Source of the DNA: the human T2T-CHM13v2.0 reference genome, Homo sapiens
Assembly (NCBI RefSeq): GCF_009914755.1
Contig: NC_060929.1
DNA length: 64,000 nt
Strand: one strand, 5' to 3'
The translations under genes and the position numbers were made by a program. Below, in pieces: positions 31,916 to 47,700 of this stretch. The stretch's first letter is position 1, and the number at the start of each line of letters is the position of its first letter. The notes beneath the pieces are model-generated. The model was given only the letters and a program-made list of their open reading frames with translations, made no database searches and was not told where the DNA came from.

Positions 31916-32213
31916 GCTTAACATGCATAGAACATAGAAAGCACATGATTTATATATAAAAGTGATCTTTTTTTCTCTCTCTTTCTATAAAACACATTAA
32001 AGATAAACAGAATTTTCAGGGAAAGGATTTCAATGAATTCATGGTTAAATATAGGGTAAAGGAGAAATTCTATGTCTTTTGGGCCTCAAGGACCCCATGA
32101 TTTATCAAAAGTTAAATAATGTTATAAAACTATAAATTCTTTCACTAAATGAGCTGTTATTAAAAAATAGCTTTTTTCTGTCAACCATTCAATTAAGAGG
32201 CTTAAAGTGAATA

Positions 32214-32650
32214 TGTATTAGTTTGCTAGGGCTGCCATGACAAAATCACAAACTGAGTGGCTTAAACAACAAAAAGTTACTGTCTCTCAGTTCTGGAGAC
32301 TGGAAGTCAGAAATCAAGGTATTAGCAGGGTTAGCTCCTTCTGAGGGCCGTGAGGAAGAATAGGTTTCAGGCTTCTCCCCTAGATTTTGGTGATTTTTTA
32401 GTAATCTTCGGCATTCCTTGGCTTATAGAAGCATCACCATGATCTCTGCCTTGATGTTCATATGACATTCTCCCTGTGTGTATCTCTTGCTTTCTTCTTT
32501 TTTGAGGGTACTAGTCATACTGGGTTAGTCCACCCTAATGACCTCATTTTAATTTGATTACCTCTGTAAAAACCCTTTCTCCAGATAAGGCCACATTCTG
32601 AGTACTTCAGCATGCAAATTTCGAGGGTGACACAATTCAGCCCATTACAT
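32214..32650 (-). mobile_element. MaLR LTR (MLT1C-like)
   Basis: tgtattagtttgctagggctgcc...ggcttaaacaac...gacacaattcagcccattaca. Confidence 0.85.
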
Positions 32651-32962
32651 ACATAATAAATATAATATAATAAAGTAATATAATAGCAAAAATGTGTGCT
32701 TATTTATTATTAATTAATTTAAAAGTATTTATTGAGTACCCACTGTATCCAAAAATCTACACTAAGATACAGTGGCAAACTGGAGAGTCATGGTCCCCAT
32801 TCTAAGCAAGCTTTCTTTCTAATAGGGGAGTGAGATAATAAACAAATAATTATAAAATTAATAGCTTAATGTATTTATAAAAAGTGCAGTGCCTTGTATA
32901 TCAAGAAGTAGCAATCTAGTCTGGAAAGGCCAGAAAGTTTCTTTATTATAGATAATATTACT

Positions 32963-33358
<396 letters not shown>

Positions 33359-34376
33359 TTAATATTGGGTCTCATATCTAATCTTCATTGATTAAACTAT
33401 AAACCATTGAAGGGTAAAGCCTGTGTTTTAAATTTCTATGCTGCCTCCAGAGCCAGCTAATGTAGACTTTAAATAGTGTCCTGAAATACTTTTTTTCATG
33501 AATCACTCAAAAGCAATTAGCATTTATTAAATCCTTTTGGATTTTCACAATGTTGTGTGTTTATTATTTTTATATCTGCTCCATGCAGTTTGTCTATGTG
33601 ATACTTTATTAGGCCTATATTAGAATTTACAATGTATAGTCCCCTTCCCTAGTTGTTTAATTTACATGGGCTTCATTTTATGGTCCTGGGAAACAAGAAA
33701 TAGGTCTGTAATAGTTTAGATAGACTTTTCTTTCCCCAGCATATAGTGTAGTATTGTGCTTAAAACATTTTTACTCAAAAACTACTTACTTGATGGGCTG
33801 GCTAATTAATGAAGTTGGCCAGAAAACTGTCACCCATTTCAATGATGGAGGAAAACTAACATGCTAAGAGGGTAAGTGACATTTAAATATCTTGTAAGGG
33901 ATGGTAAAATAAGATTCTTTGTGTCCTGGCAGATAAAGATTTCTGCTTCTTTTTGAGTTTCTGGTTGCAGATATTTCTTTTCCTATTACGCACTTATGGG
34001 AATAATGAAGATGTCTTGAAACATGGCTACTTTTTGCACATATGAGACAACTGGGATAAGATTCACTCCAAAACTCCCGATGATTTTCCTCCCCTTCAAA
34101 TCAGCAAGCAGTGCAGGCTTCTCAAGGGGAAGTATGGGAAACAGAGATAGCGGGTACCCTCTCAAAGAGCAAGCGTCTCAGAAAAGATGATGTGTCAAAA
34201 CAGAGAAATCAGGAATTGAATTGTACCACTACCCAAAATGCCCATATTATGACCAGTTTTGCAATGAGTAGGTCTCTGATATATATGCTTAGAAAACTCT
34301 CTTACATTTATACATATTGATGGAAAGAGTTACCATAAAGTAACGCTCATATGTCGTATGTGCAAAACACAGCTAA

Positions 34377-34721
<345 letters not shown>

Positions 34722-37281
34722 TAATAATAATACTATATCATTATTACTTTGCTAGCTGTAGTTGGAACTACAAGTTGTAGCAGTGATTATTAAAATTTCT
34801 TGTTAATGGGACAAAAAGAGCTAAGGTTTTATCACCAAGGACTGACAAAATAGTTCTAGGATCCATTGACAAGAGAAAACCCATACCCCTACCTAGGATA
34901 GGAGGCTGGAAAAGATTTGGTCAGTAGGCTAGAAGAAGTTTGTTATTGAAATAAGTAGTAAAGATGACGCCTAGATGGATTCATTGGTTCAAGAGTTTAA
35001 GAGAAATAGAGTACAAGAGTATAACTACATGGCCTTCTGAAGAGACACTAGACAATGATTAGAAGTAGGTAATACAAGGGTCTAAGGCAAGGATGTAATG
35101 GGTGGTAAAGGATGAGGAACAGGCTAAACTAGAGCAGCTGAACAGAAAGATATGGGATTTCCAGAACTCCAATTATGTTAGATTTGGACGTGAGGGTAGA
35201 TGGGGTTGGCAGTAACATAATCCACCTCTAATTTTCTCTCCCTAATTCTGATCTAATACAGAAGAAAGAGATAGGGTCACACAGATAGAAATAAAAACTA
35301 TCACTTTTATGAGGGATTGAGTTCATTGAAAAGTACACACAAAGTATGGATCCATGTTTAAATGGGTTTACAAATTCTTTTTCCAAAACAGCTGTCCAAT
35401 GTATGTACAGGAGACAAATAAGTGCATTTTAGGCATGAGCCACTTTTTAAAAGATCCCCGATTGGGCTAGGGCATATATGCTAGGTTTCTTCTTCCACCT
35501 CGTTAGTTAGATAGGCCATTTGTCCCACAGGAGAAGTAGAGAGAGAAGGGATTAAAGCTTGCATGACCTCCTCCAAAGAGAAAGCTCCTTTCCTATGGGC
35601 TCAGTTAGAAAAGGAGGAGGAGAGAATGCTCATAGAATATATTTCTTATGTTGAACTTTTATATAATTGAAATATACCTGTTATTTGCCTATCAATATTC
35701 AGTTAGACCTTCAAAGGTCAGTAACAGCAATAGAATAGGCATTATTTCACTCAGGAAGGAAACTATTCAAGTTGCTTGCTTTTTCATCATGATTATCCTA
35801 ATTTTAATAAATTACTTTAATATCAATATTAAATTGCCCCAGGAATGTTTTTACTAAAAGCCATAATAAGCTCAGAGTTACCATGTTCCAGTGTACTCCT
35901 GTTTATCAAGTTTTGATAATTGTATGAATATTTTATAATAACTGTTTGCACTGTATTAACTTTGATTTCTGCTGATAAAAAATAAACTATAGGTGGTGCA
36001 TATTTAATAAAGTTCTCTTAGTCTAGATATAATATGCCAAAAACATATATTCACTATTACATATTATGTCCTTAAATATGGTATAGTTTATAGCTTTACA
36101 GAACAGTTTTTCAATATATGTTTTATATTAACTTAAAATCCAAGAACTGGCCCTTCCTATCATCTCCTCCTTCTTCGTAAGGTCTAATTGGTATTGTTCT
36201 AGTGTTTTGAACTTCAGCTGTGTCTATGTGATGCCAACCAATGAAGACAGCAAAAACTAATTGGTATCTTTTGGAACAAGCAGTGGATTTATAGAGACTA
36301 GAGTCTCTGTTAACTGTTCCTAATCGTGTCATATGGCTTTATTCAGCTGTTTCTCTTAGTTTATAATGTTCACTATAAAAAAAAACATAAGTGGTGTAGA
36401 ACAAGCAGTTCATTTTTAAAGAATACTAAGCAAAGGCAGAAGGCAGTCTGCCTTTACCAGAAGCTTCCTTACACAAAGTTTGGTGACTAAGATTAGTCAA
36501 TAAAACTTTTGGAGATGTGGGTCCCCACAAATTAATTTTCTTGAGTTATAAAAAATGAAATCAGTGGTTGCTAAGCCATATGTGACTTGGTAGATGAAGA
36601 CTTTCAAGTTGAGCTGAATTTGGGACAAGATACTCAGTTTCGGAGATTCACTAGAAGTTCTCTGTTTACCTTCCATTCTTAAGGTCAGAAAAAAAATCAA
36701 TGTAAATGTCAAAGAGAAAGTTCTTATATAAACGGGCTCCATAATTAATCATTTCATATTTGATTTTTCTTTTGTTACAATGATTCTATTTTAGTGTCCA
36801 TATATAATCAATTAACTCAAATATATAAGTTTGATTGAATCAAGGCGATAGTCGAATAGTCACTGATTAGCTTCATTTATATACAGGGATCATCTTAAGG
36901 ATTTGACTCACAGTTGATGGCCCAGTATATTTGGTATTTAAGTTGTCTGACGTTGTTAGCTTTCGAACAATTCAGAGTCTTCAGTTTCTCCTTAAACAAG
37001 CGAATAGCTTCTTTTTATAGTTGTTTTTTTTCATAAAGTATAACAAAAATAAAGAATGTCTCAAGACAACATGGCCCGAATGTCTCAAAGACTATAAACT
37101 GATATTTTGAGGGGAATTAAGAACATGTACTCTCAGTGTTTCACTCTCCAATCCTGCAATGGCTTCAGAGAGAAAATATAGTAGCTTATTTCATATAACT
37201 AAAAGTGTAACACTATATGACATATAAACTGGGGTTTTGGAAGAAGAGAGTTCATAAAACTCTTTTGGGTGGTTATGAAAA

Positions 37282-37815
37282 ATGCAATCCTATTACTGGG
37301 TATATACCCACAGGAATATAAACTGTTCTATGATAAAGACACATGCACATGTATGTTCACTGCAGCAACTACTCACATTAGCAAAGACATGGAATCAACC
37401 CAAATGCCCATCAATAATGGACTGGATAAAGAAAATGTGGTACATATACACTGTGGAATAGTATTCACCCATAAAAAAATCATGCCCTTTGCAGGAACAT
37501 GGTTGGACCTGGAGGACATTATCCTTAGCAAACTAACACAGGAACAGGAAACCAGATACCACATGCTTTCACTTATAAGTGGGAGCTAAATGATGAAAAC
37601 ACATGGACAAATAGAGGGGAACAACACACACTGGGGCTTATTGGGGACAGGGAGGGTGGGAGGAGGGAGAGGATTAGGAAAAATAACTAATGGGTACTAA
37701 ATTTAATACTGGGTGATGAAATAATCTGTACAACAAACCCCCATAACACAAATTTACCTATGTAACAAACCTGCAAATGTACCCTTGAACTTAAAAGTTA
37801 AAAAGAAAAAAGAAA
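37282..37815 (+). mobile_element. L1PA13-like 3' end
   Basis: ORF2 C-terminus (LLGIYP...IILSKLTQEQ) and 3'UTR ggaaaaataactaatgggtact...gaacttaaaagttaaaa. Confidence 0.9.
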
Positions 37816-39999
37816 ACTGCAGCTCCCTGGCCCCAGAGATTCTGATTCAGCAGTAGGTACTTTAAAAAACTTTCCCAAGAGGTTCTGAGTTTGGCCAACA
37901 CTATTGCAAACAATTAATACAAATATGGTTGGTGTTCTTACATATGTGCCTGTTATGAGCCATAGGTTTATTTGGCCTCCAGCATTGAGATTTAAATATT
38001 CCAAATACTGATTGGTGGATGCCTTGTCCTTTGTCTCAGGGCATGGCTCTCCTCTTCCACTTTGCTGGGTCCAGTGAAAGAACAAGCTGGCTCTGGAGCT
38101 CATGTCGCAATTTTATTTTGCTTTGTACTTGAAACCGTAGAAGACCTTTCTATCCTTTTTAACTTTAGAAAATTGTTCATTTTCACCTTGCTTTTCCTCA
38201 GGGAGCCAGTATCTGGGGAGGTGGAATCACAGCTCAGGGCAAGGAAGCACTGGCTCTCTCCCCTTTAAGGAGGGGCTGACCCATCCAGGAAAAGGGCTTT
38301 CCCACAAGTTGACCAGAAAAGTTCACAAAACCAAAACCTCTTTTTAAAGGACGAATATCTTCTGGCTCCACAAATACGGATAGTCTAAAAGATGTAACTT
38401 GTCACTAAACATGCAACAGAGAAAGGAAAACTAATAAGCAACCCAAAGAGGTTTCCTCCCGGCCTTCCCAGGACAGATGTTGTTTCTGACTAAATGATAA
38501 TGAACAGTCAGCAAGCAACTCACCTATAAAATGCTGAAACCATTATCCAAGGAAGTACAAATTTCCGTGCTAAAGAAATGTGACTGTTTGCATTTCTTTA
38601 TCTACAATCTCTAAGAAAACTTCCTTGGGAGCCAAATCTCTTAGTTAGCTTATACCAAACAGAAAGGTTTTACTTGTGGCAGTTAGAGAGAAAAGAGGGT
38701 TGGGGCAGCAGACAAGTAAACCAGAAACTGGATTTGCCCCAGTAGGAAAAGCCATTTGTTTTGAGAAGTAGAGATCCACAGGATATTTGCAGATATAAAA
38801 TTGAAAATTTGGATTGACCTTTCTTCACATTTTCTAGAAAATCATTAGCTTAATCTCTGATATATGCAATGCTTTTTCTAATCCTTTGAGACATAGAAGA
38901 GAAAGAGCAATGCAAAACTGGCCTTGCATTGTTCAAGATGGGGAGAAACACAAGTGCTCTGTACAGAAGTAAGAGGGAATAAATCATGCAGTTCACGTCA
39001 TTCTTCATCTGGAAAACACTCACATGTCTCTTTAAGGACAAAGCTGCCTCTGGTCCAAATATCTGGTCTTTAAGGCCACAGATTCCTAGAAGAGCAGAAT
39101 GTGCAGCCTGTTCAGGAGCACACTCAGATGCTGCATAATAGCTAACAGTGGGCAGAGCCCTCGTGTCTATTCAACCACTAACTTCCATCATCACAGAACC
39201 CTGTGTTCTCAGGAGCTCCATTATGTGACTGCTTATAACACAAAGGATTGAATAGTTACTGCTTCCTCTTTGGTGTCTAAACTCTGAGTTGTAGTTTTTC
39301 TGTATATTTGTGGCCGTGATGTCCTGACTGTCAGAAAGTGACTTTAGACAGGCACCATCTGTACCATGTCTAGTCTCGAGTGCTGTTGGTCCAGTCAGTG
39401 TCTCATGAGTGGGGAGGTGGGAGCAGCAAATGGCACTATTCAATTAACTCCTTAGGCCAGGTATTCACCTCAAAGTCAGGCTGTGGCCATGGAAACACTG
39501 ACACTATTAAGCTAAAAGTTAAAATTAAAACTCCCAATCTGAGTCACTGAAAAACCCTAATGCAATTAAATGGGCAACTTTAAGTGCCTAAAAACTAGAT
39601 CACTATTTTTATTAGTATGATCTTTAAAAAAGAATGCAATATTTTCTTTAATGTAAAGGGCTATTTAGTAATGCACACTATTTATGGGTCCTGCCCACAC
39701 ATGATGCATGTGTACTTCCTGATATAAAACAATACAGCCAAGAAACCAAGCTGATCTGAACACTATTTAAGATACAGGGTAAGGATGTAGCAAAGAAACT
39801 GCCCTGGGCTGGTGATAAGTACTATGATGACTTGGCTTCCTCCACATTAAAACCACCTGGAATTGTGGATGAATAAATATTGGCTATTTTAGGCTTTGAA
39901 AGTTAAGGATTCCAGAGATGGAATATGTTACGTTTTGCTAGGGTATTTTTCATATGTGCAGTTGTGCAATTTAGCTCAGCACTTTGAACATGTGTTAAT

Positions 40000-40600
40000 T
40001 TGTCATCGATCGAACACCTGCTATGTGTCAGGTCTGTTATAGGCATTGAAATTAGAAAGCCAAAGAGGAAAACTCTTCATGCCCTTGGGGAGCTCACAGT
40101 TTAATGGGAGGTTTAGAGATGAATACTGATAATTTTATTACAGGATTTACAAGTCGCCCGAGAGGTAAGAGCTGGTAACACAGGAGCCCTTAGCTTGAGA
40201 AGACCAGCAGGGAAGGTCTCTGGTTTAGGTAGCTAACCATACAGTAAGAATTCGCCAAATAATATGTGGAGAAAGGGGAGGATATTCTTGGCTAAGGGAG
40301 GAGCACTGAGAGAGCTTGGAACAGGTCAAGAGTTGCAAATACTGTAGTTTAGTTAGACTGAGCAAGAGAATAATATGAAATGAGGCCAGGAAAACAGGCA
40401 GGGACCAGATCATGATAAGGAGTTTGAATTTTATCCTAAGGCAATGGGCAGTCACTGAAGGATTCTAATGAAAAGTGACATGATCTGATGAACAGTTTAG
40501 AAAATTCATTCCGGCAACCTTAGGGAGGATAAATTGGAGGGCGATAATCTTGGAGGCAGGACAAGATAGTTAGGAGGTGGTAATAGTTAGAAGAAGAAAC
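40000..40600 (-). mobile_element. L2 relic
   Basis: gaacacctgctatgtgtcagg...gggagctcacagt...ggagtttgaattttatcctaagg...gtgacatgatctga. Confidence 0.7.
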
Positions 40601-40854
40601 ATAAAAAGGAACTAGGTAAGTTTGAGTTAGCTCAGCAACAATAGCACATACATGATTGTGTGGGTAATGATGGAGCATGAACAACATGTGCAAGGTGCAA
40701 CAAGAACTTGCACGAATTATGTTAATGCACTTTTTAAAGAGATATATTTGTGCTAATAGACATGTTAGTCATTTTCCTGCATCTCCCATGACCCCAGTTG
40801 TTGCTGTAGAGACTTGATAATGAATTATTATTGCTATTTCATAAATTTCCATAT

Positions 40855-41373
40855 AAATCACTCTGCCACAAAGACACACGCCCAAGAATGTTTATTGCAG
40901 CACTGCTAACAATAGCAAAGACATAGAATCAACCTAAATACCCATTAATGACAGATTGGATAAAGAAAGTGTGGTACATATACACCATGGAATACCATGC
41001 AGCCATAAGAAAGAACAAGATCATGTCTTCTGTGGGAACATGGATGGAGCTGGAGGCTGTTATCCTCAGCAAACTCATACAGGAACAGAAAACCAAATAC
41101 TGCATATTGTTACTTATAAGTGGGAGCTAAATGATGAGAACTTATGACCATAAAGAAGGAAACAACAGACACTGGAAGGTGGGAGGAGGGAGAGGGGCAG
41201 AGAAGGTAACTACTGGGTTCAAAGAAAACCCAACAGTTATATCTGGGTTACAACTGGGTTATCGGCTTAATTCCTTGGTGATGGAATAATCTGTTCAAAA
41301 ACCCCTGTGACATGAGTTTATCTATGTAACAAACCTGCACATATACCCCCGAATCAAAAATAAAATTTAAAAA
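40855..41373 (+). mobile_element. L1PA11-14-like 3' end
   Basis: ORF2 C-terminus (DWIKKVWYIYTMEY) and 3'UTR to polyA. Confidence 0.9.
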
Positions 41374-41912
41374 ACTGAGTTTGGGAGACAGGAACTAGCA
41401 ACGGTCTTCCTTTACTGACTTGCCTACTCCTAACCTGGTTTATGAGGTAGATGGGTAAACGGAGAAGAGTAAACCTCAAATCAATGTGTGCTCTTCCATT
41501 CAGACTTTATTTTTACCATCTTTGCTTAGAACTATGCCAGCCAAGTGATTAAATGTTACAAAAATGTCAGTGGCTACACAGACAGGTCATGAGTCATATT
41601 GGGATTAACTGGATTTATCCACAATTTAAAAAATATTGATGTGACTCTAAAAGTATTTTAGGTTTGGCAGGACTTTGGGGGATTCTCTTATTTATTAATT
41701 TGTTGATAAGGCTAGTAAAATCAGTGATGAAAAGCAATAAGATATCAATGCAAATATTGACTAAAATATTTAGATCACCAGATTCCAGAGTAACAAATAT
41801 ATTTCTGTATAAAAAAATCCAGTCTAGGAAACCAGTTTACTATGTCACACAATTAATAATGAACAAATAAACAAAATAGTTTGAGCACTTTATCTGTATC
41901 AAGCCCTATGCA

Positions 41913-41947
41913 GTGTGTGTGTGTGTGTATGTGTTTGTGTGTGTGTA
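41913..41947. repeat. (TG)n microsatellite
   Basis: Read directly from the sequence. Confidence 0.9.
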
Positions 41948-42883
41948 TTTGATGCATATTTTCTCATTTAAGACATTTACCTTAAGGTAAGCAGCCTATA
42001 AAAGTTGTGACCATGGTTCAGCCAAGATGTTCTGACATCAAACGCTAGGCCCTGTCCTCTAACCTGTTCATTTTACCTTGCCTGCTGTTTCTAATAGGCA
42101 CCTAATTCTTTTCTTTCAGACCATTGACTACCAAGTTGCTAGGCCAGGATTCAAACTCGGGTCTGCCTGCCTCCTGAACCCAAGATTTTGAGCATCACAT
42201 TGGAGTACACAAAAACATGCTAGAACAGTGCTACTCAAAGTAGCCAGTCCATAACATGTCACTAATCCCCAAGGAAATGAAAGAACTTGGTCCAGAGTAT
42301 AAATGAACACATTGGTTGCTTTACCGGGAAATGTATGCTATTTAAAAAGGAGTGTCAGCTTACTGGTATAGTTGGCTTAGATTCTGGTCAAGCTTCTTGA
42401 TTATCTTGTTGCAATGTGTTAGCAAAGGGTTCACAGACAGGTGGCACAGGTTCATGGACAGCATTTGACTAGCAACACACCGGATCACTGTGTGGGTGCC
42501 AAATTCATCTGACTAGACTATCCCAAGGAAACTGCAAGCAAAATGTTTCATAAGTCCATATATGCATCATGGCTAACAAATGTTTCACTAAGGAATAAAG
42601 ACGCTTTCATAGGCATATTTGAAATTTTTGAATGAGCTATATAAATCTTTTAGAATTTTTCATCAAAAGTTGTGTTTCAAAGTGAAGTTAACTTTCTATT
42701 TAGAGCACTGAAGTTGATAAGAGTTCTACAATTATACCTTGATTTTGATACTACACTTATAGAAGTTATGATGACTACATTGTTCAACAATTTGGGCCTA
42801 TGATTTATATAGTTCATGTTAACCATTTTTTTACATATAACCTTGGAAAGCCTGAATAAAGTGCACCCTAGAAGTTCTATAGA

Positions 42884-42905
42884 AATATATATATATATAT
42901 ATATA
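42884..42905. repeat. (TA)n microsatellite
   Basis: Read directly from the sequence. Confidence 0.9.
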
Positions 42906-44104
42906 GCATTAAAATAATAGAAAAGAGGTGGAGACTCAAATGAACAACTACCCATTTCTTCATAACTAACATCTTTAGTAAGATTTTCATAAATTTTTAC
43001 AAAACTATTTTGAAAAGCATGAGTTTTGCAATGCAATTTGGAGGTCAACAATGTCTTTATCAATGTGTTTTTTTGGTACAATGATATTTACCAACAGTAT
43101 ATGGGGGAAATTTTATTTCCAACATTCTTACAGGTTTTATTTTACTTCCTTTCTGTCCTTTTTTCTTTTCCTCTCTCTTTCTTTAAAAAAAAGTGGTCTA
43201 CCCAAAGCAAAGTCCAGTGCATTTATAAATTCTAAGAGGCAAAAAAACCATTATTATTTAATTTAATATTCATTGTTTAGCTGGAAGCAATTTCAAGCCC
43301 AGTTGAGGTAATAGTTTTTAATACTTCACAGCACATTGAGACTTACATAATTTTAAAAACTGCTGCATGCTGATGTCCACTGATGTCTTAGACTATAATT
43401 TTATAACTTTGAATGATATAAAGGTTTACAGTTGCTATTTTTTTGCATATTGCCTATCAGAGGCTTGATTAGGAATGTGATATGAATCTGTCTAATGGAG
43501 CAGGAACTATCTGTATGGGGTTAAGCTTTTAACCCAAAAATGTTTACTAAGCACCAATTATGCACAAGTAATTAGAAGTATTGGCCCTGTCTCTGAAAGG
43601 TGCTAACAGATAAACAACATCATTCTTCCATTTAGGCCGTAATTCTGTTCAGAAATTAAAGAGCAAAGGTTGTGAATGTCAGTTTTTCTTTCTTTCCTAA
43701 AAATCAATAGGTAATTACACTGACCCAAAAGGCAAAATGAATTCACTCTGTGAGTTTACCATTCATAGGACAGGACTTCACATTTACATGCCCATTTAAA
43801 CATGCCCTGCTACAGTCACTTCCGAACATGTAAGAAGAGCTTCTTTGACATTCTGAAAAAATATTAACTCTAAAAGTTAGAGAGTAAACAATTTTAAGTG
43901 TTCAAATAGTACCTTCAAAAAATGATAAATAATTTCAATTTCTCTTTCAGGTAATAACATTGAGATATTGAGGTTCACTGGGAAAAATATTTTTGTTGGC
44001 ACTTGGCACCTGGAATGCTTATAACATCACATCTTTAGTGGTATTACTTCAGCTATACCCTGTCTCATTGTTTATACAGATAGTGATGCATTTTGGTTAA
44101 GAAT

Positions 44105-44550
44105 CTTAATAACAATAATCCTTTATATTTGTACAGTCTTTTTCAGTTCCAGGGCAGTTTAGATTTACCATCATATTAAATTCTTGCAAGGACTCTGTGA
44201 GATGACTGTAAGATTATTATTCTCATTGTGCCGTTGGGAAAACTGAAGCTCACAGAGTCCAAAGGCTATGAAGCATGGACTGGAAGCTGCCTGTCTGGGT
44301 TCAAATTCTGGCTCCACAGCTTGCCAAATATGTATAATTTGGAGCAAGTTACTTAACTTCTTTTGTATCAGTGTCCTCATCAGAAAATGAGGGTAATAAC
44401 AGCACCTACCTGACTGGATTGTTATGACAGCTTAGGTTAATGTATGTTAAATACTTAACAGCAGTACCTGGCATATGGTAAATGCTACATGCATTTCAGA
44501 AATTGAGCCCAGATTTCTGACTGCATGTCTAGTGTTCCTTTCATTACAAT
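44105..44550. mobile_element. MIR cluster: a plus-strand MIR nested in a minus-strand MIR
   Basis: gaaaactgaagctcacagag core, then ctgggttcaaattctggctccac...gtacctggcatatggtaaatgc, then gcccagatttctgact. Confidence 0.65.
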
Positions 44551-47489
44551 AGTGTTTCAATTATGTCTTGTTACACCACTTCATGTGGTGGTTGACAGGG
44601 TACTGAACTAGAGGAAAAAGTACTACTACAGAAGCATATTCTGATGTTGTAGCTTCTACATTTTCCTGAATTAAAAACAATTAGGTAGTAATAATGTTCA
44701 TGTAAACTATTTAGTAATCCTTCATGTGTACCAGGCTGGGTATCAAGCAAATAACGCATCTTTTACATGTATTATTCTATTCAATCCTCACAGCAGACCT
44801 GTTCATCTCCACTTGCAAACAAGGAACTGGAGTCACCAAGAGGTTAAGTTGTGCAGCGAGTCAGAGCATAGTGATAGGCATCAAAAGGGAGTTTCACGTC
44901 TGACTTAATATTGGTATCTGTGGAATGAAACAGGAATGTGCTTAATCATATCAAGCGATCTGATACTCAAACCTTTGTCTTCACCAGGGGTCACTGTCCT
45001 GGCAGTTACAGCATATTGCAAAACTGAAATCAAAGCTAAAGGCCTTAGAAATTTTTAATCTAAGCAAGAGCTGATTGTGTTTTAGTGGTGGATATCCAGT
45101 ATAGTTTCCAACAATTGCAAATTGAAAGTAAAGGGAAAGTAAGCTAACAGACTCCTTAAAGTATCCACAGTCTTGGATAAAGCTTTTTTCTTCCAAATCT
45201 GCAATTATTCTTTTAAGGATTCAATTTAATTTATTATTTAAATTATTTTTAACATATATTATTTTAAAACTAAATTACATACAAATTTTCTTTTCCCTAA
45301 TCTAAAGTTAAAATAAATCACTTTGTAATAATAACTGTGTAGAATTATATGAAAACATCATGTCTGTATTTTCAGTGCCTTAAGACACTTGGAATCTTTG
45401 GAGAATCTCACGTTCTAATTTTATTGGATTAGATATGCATGGCTTGGTGGCCTCAGAGGACAAGACTTAGGAGTAGCCCCAAAACATAGTCATCAGAAAA
45501 AAGAAAGAAAGTGGGGATTATTCTTTTAAGCAATTTAACCCAAAATCCAGGTTCCATGTTGTTCCGGCTTCAGAGTGAAATTTTTGTTCTCATCTAATTT
45601 TAAAGTTATACAACAACAGGAATGCTGTTAAGAAAACTCTGAGCATGAACCAAACCCGAGTGACAATACAGAACCCTGTTTTTATAGATGTTTGCCCCTA
45701 AAATAATAAAGTATAAAATATAAACTGACAAAATGGAATGCCCAGTCAAATAATATGATGTGACTTTGCATACATTTTATATCTCCTTACATGTCCAAAG
45801 GAGACATATTTTGTCAACATACAAATTCTGAGTGGCCTAGGAGGCAAGCCTATTCACAGTAATCCTCCTGGGAAAATAAGAAAGGAAGAGTAAGTACTAA
45901 CTTTAGTATTAATTAGTTTTTGTGACACCATGGAACTTCCAACTTACAGGCTGGTAGGGATAGGGCACTCTGTCTCTATAGCATTGCAAAAACTGCTTTT
46001 CCTTCCATTTCTGCTTCAGATCACATGTTCTGGCTCAGCAGGGGCTAACGAGATGGAGGGAGCAGAATCTCTGTCTCTCCCTCTCAGATATTCTGATAAA
46101 GCCCTACTCCTGTCAGTTGGAGATCAGGTGTGGAGTTTCTGTTGGGTAATAATTTCCAATTTTAGTTATCTAGAGTTTAATAGCTATTGTTTTAAGTTAT
46201 TGTTTTAAAGAAATAAAAATCACTGGTATATTTTAAAGCATCTTAATTAGTAGCCATGTATTATTTTCAATAGCTGATAAACAATTAGGCTTTAAACATT
46301 AAACATCAAATCATTAAGAAATTCAGTTGAAGTAATCAGAACTAATATTGATGAAGAGGAGTATGACTGACTAGGAGGGCATTCATTTTTCCCCCAAAAT
46401 CACACTGGGTAAATATGGTAACAGATGAATAAGGCCACACACAAACATCAACTTAGTCACTGTATAAGCATGCCATTTAAAGTGATTTTTAAGCTGACCA
46501 TCACCTAATTTGGGTAACTACATTTCTAGGTTCTACCTGGACTCCTCTGATGTGTGTGCCAAGACAGACAACACTTTCATAAGCACATTATAGACTCAAA
46601 CAAACAGAAGTGACAAAATGTGCAGAAGGACATTGTAAATTATTCTACAGGGGACAGCTTCATGTCTAGATAATTGTTTTCCTCCTTCTTAGTATTTGTT
46701 GCTAATCATGAGAATAATTGTCCAATTCACCTACTGTGTCTTCTCACAATTACTATTCAATGCATTTTTCAGATATTTTAAGACGTTCTCAAAACTGTGG
46801 AGCAAATCATACAAATGGGGTAATACACATGAAAACAGGTACTTCCCTTGCCCCGCTCATACATTTGATCTCTTCTTTCCTGGCTGCTTGCAGATTGAGT
46901 TCACAGAAACATATGGGGATAAAGGAAGAAGGCTGATTTTTAAAGAAGCAGATTAGAACCCTTCCCACGCTTGGATGTCATCCTCCTCAAAGTAGATTAA
47001 TGTTCTCTACTCCATTTCTGTTTTCTTCCCTCTGGTTTTACTGTATTTTTTTTTCTTTTATTGCATTGGCAAAATCTGCAAAATTAAAAACTTGTCCTTT
47101 AAGGGTAAACATACACAGAGAGTCTTTTTCATCTGCTTAAGTTCTAAGTCAGCAGAATTTAATTTCCCTGAGCAAAATAGTTCCCTGACTGTGTCTTGTT
47201 AATTACTAAAGTGTTCCTTCCCTAAATTTGTTTTCATTCTTGTATCTCCTTTGAGTTTCTCTCAGGAAGAAGTACCCAATCAATCTCAGGGTCAGTGGCT
47301 GGGGGTGCCATGGCCTTGCACCTAATGCTGTTTCCATATCTATTGAACCCTCGTTTTGACAGGACGTTGGCTACCGAGTTCTCCTTTTGCATCTCTTTCC
47401 TCTCTTCTCCTGGGTCCACATCCTCCAATCACAATGACCCCCATCAGTTTCAAAGGTTCCATGATCCTTTGCCTTTCTGACATTATGAT

Positions 47490-47700
47490 TTCCTCTGTTA
47501 AGTAATTTTTTTCTTTTGTAGCATTTTTTACAATTTGAAATTGTGTATTTACTTTGTGATTATTTGCTTAATGTTCATTTCCCTCACCAGACTAAGCTCC
47601 ATGAGGTGGGGGCTTGATCTATATCATACATGTTTGTAATACCATGCTTTGCATAGCCAGGCACAGAATAGGCTCTCAGTATCCTGGGAATGAATACAAG
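47490..47700 (+). mobile_element. L2 3' end
   Basis: ccagactaagctccatgagg...gccaggcacagaataggctctcagta...gaatgaat. Confidence 0.65.

Noticed and set aside
42677-43081. 134-aa minus-strand ORF
   Set aside because: AT-rich, runs through a (TA)n repeat, and has no recognisable domain.
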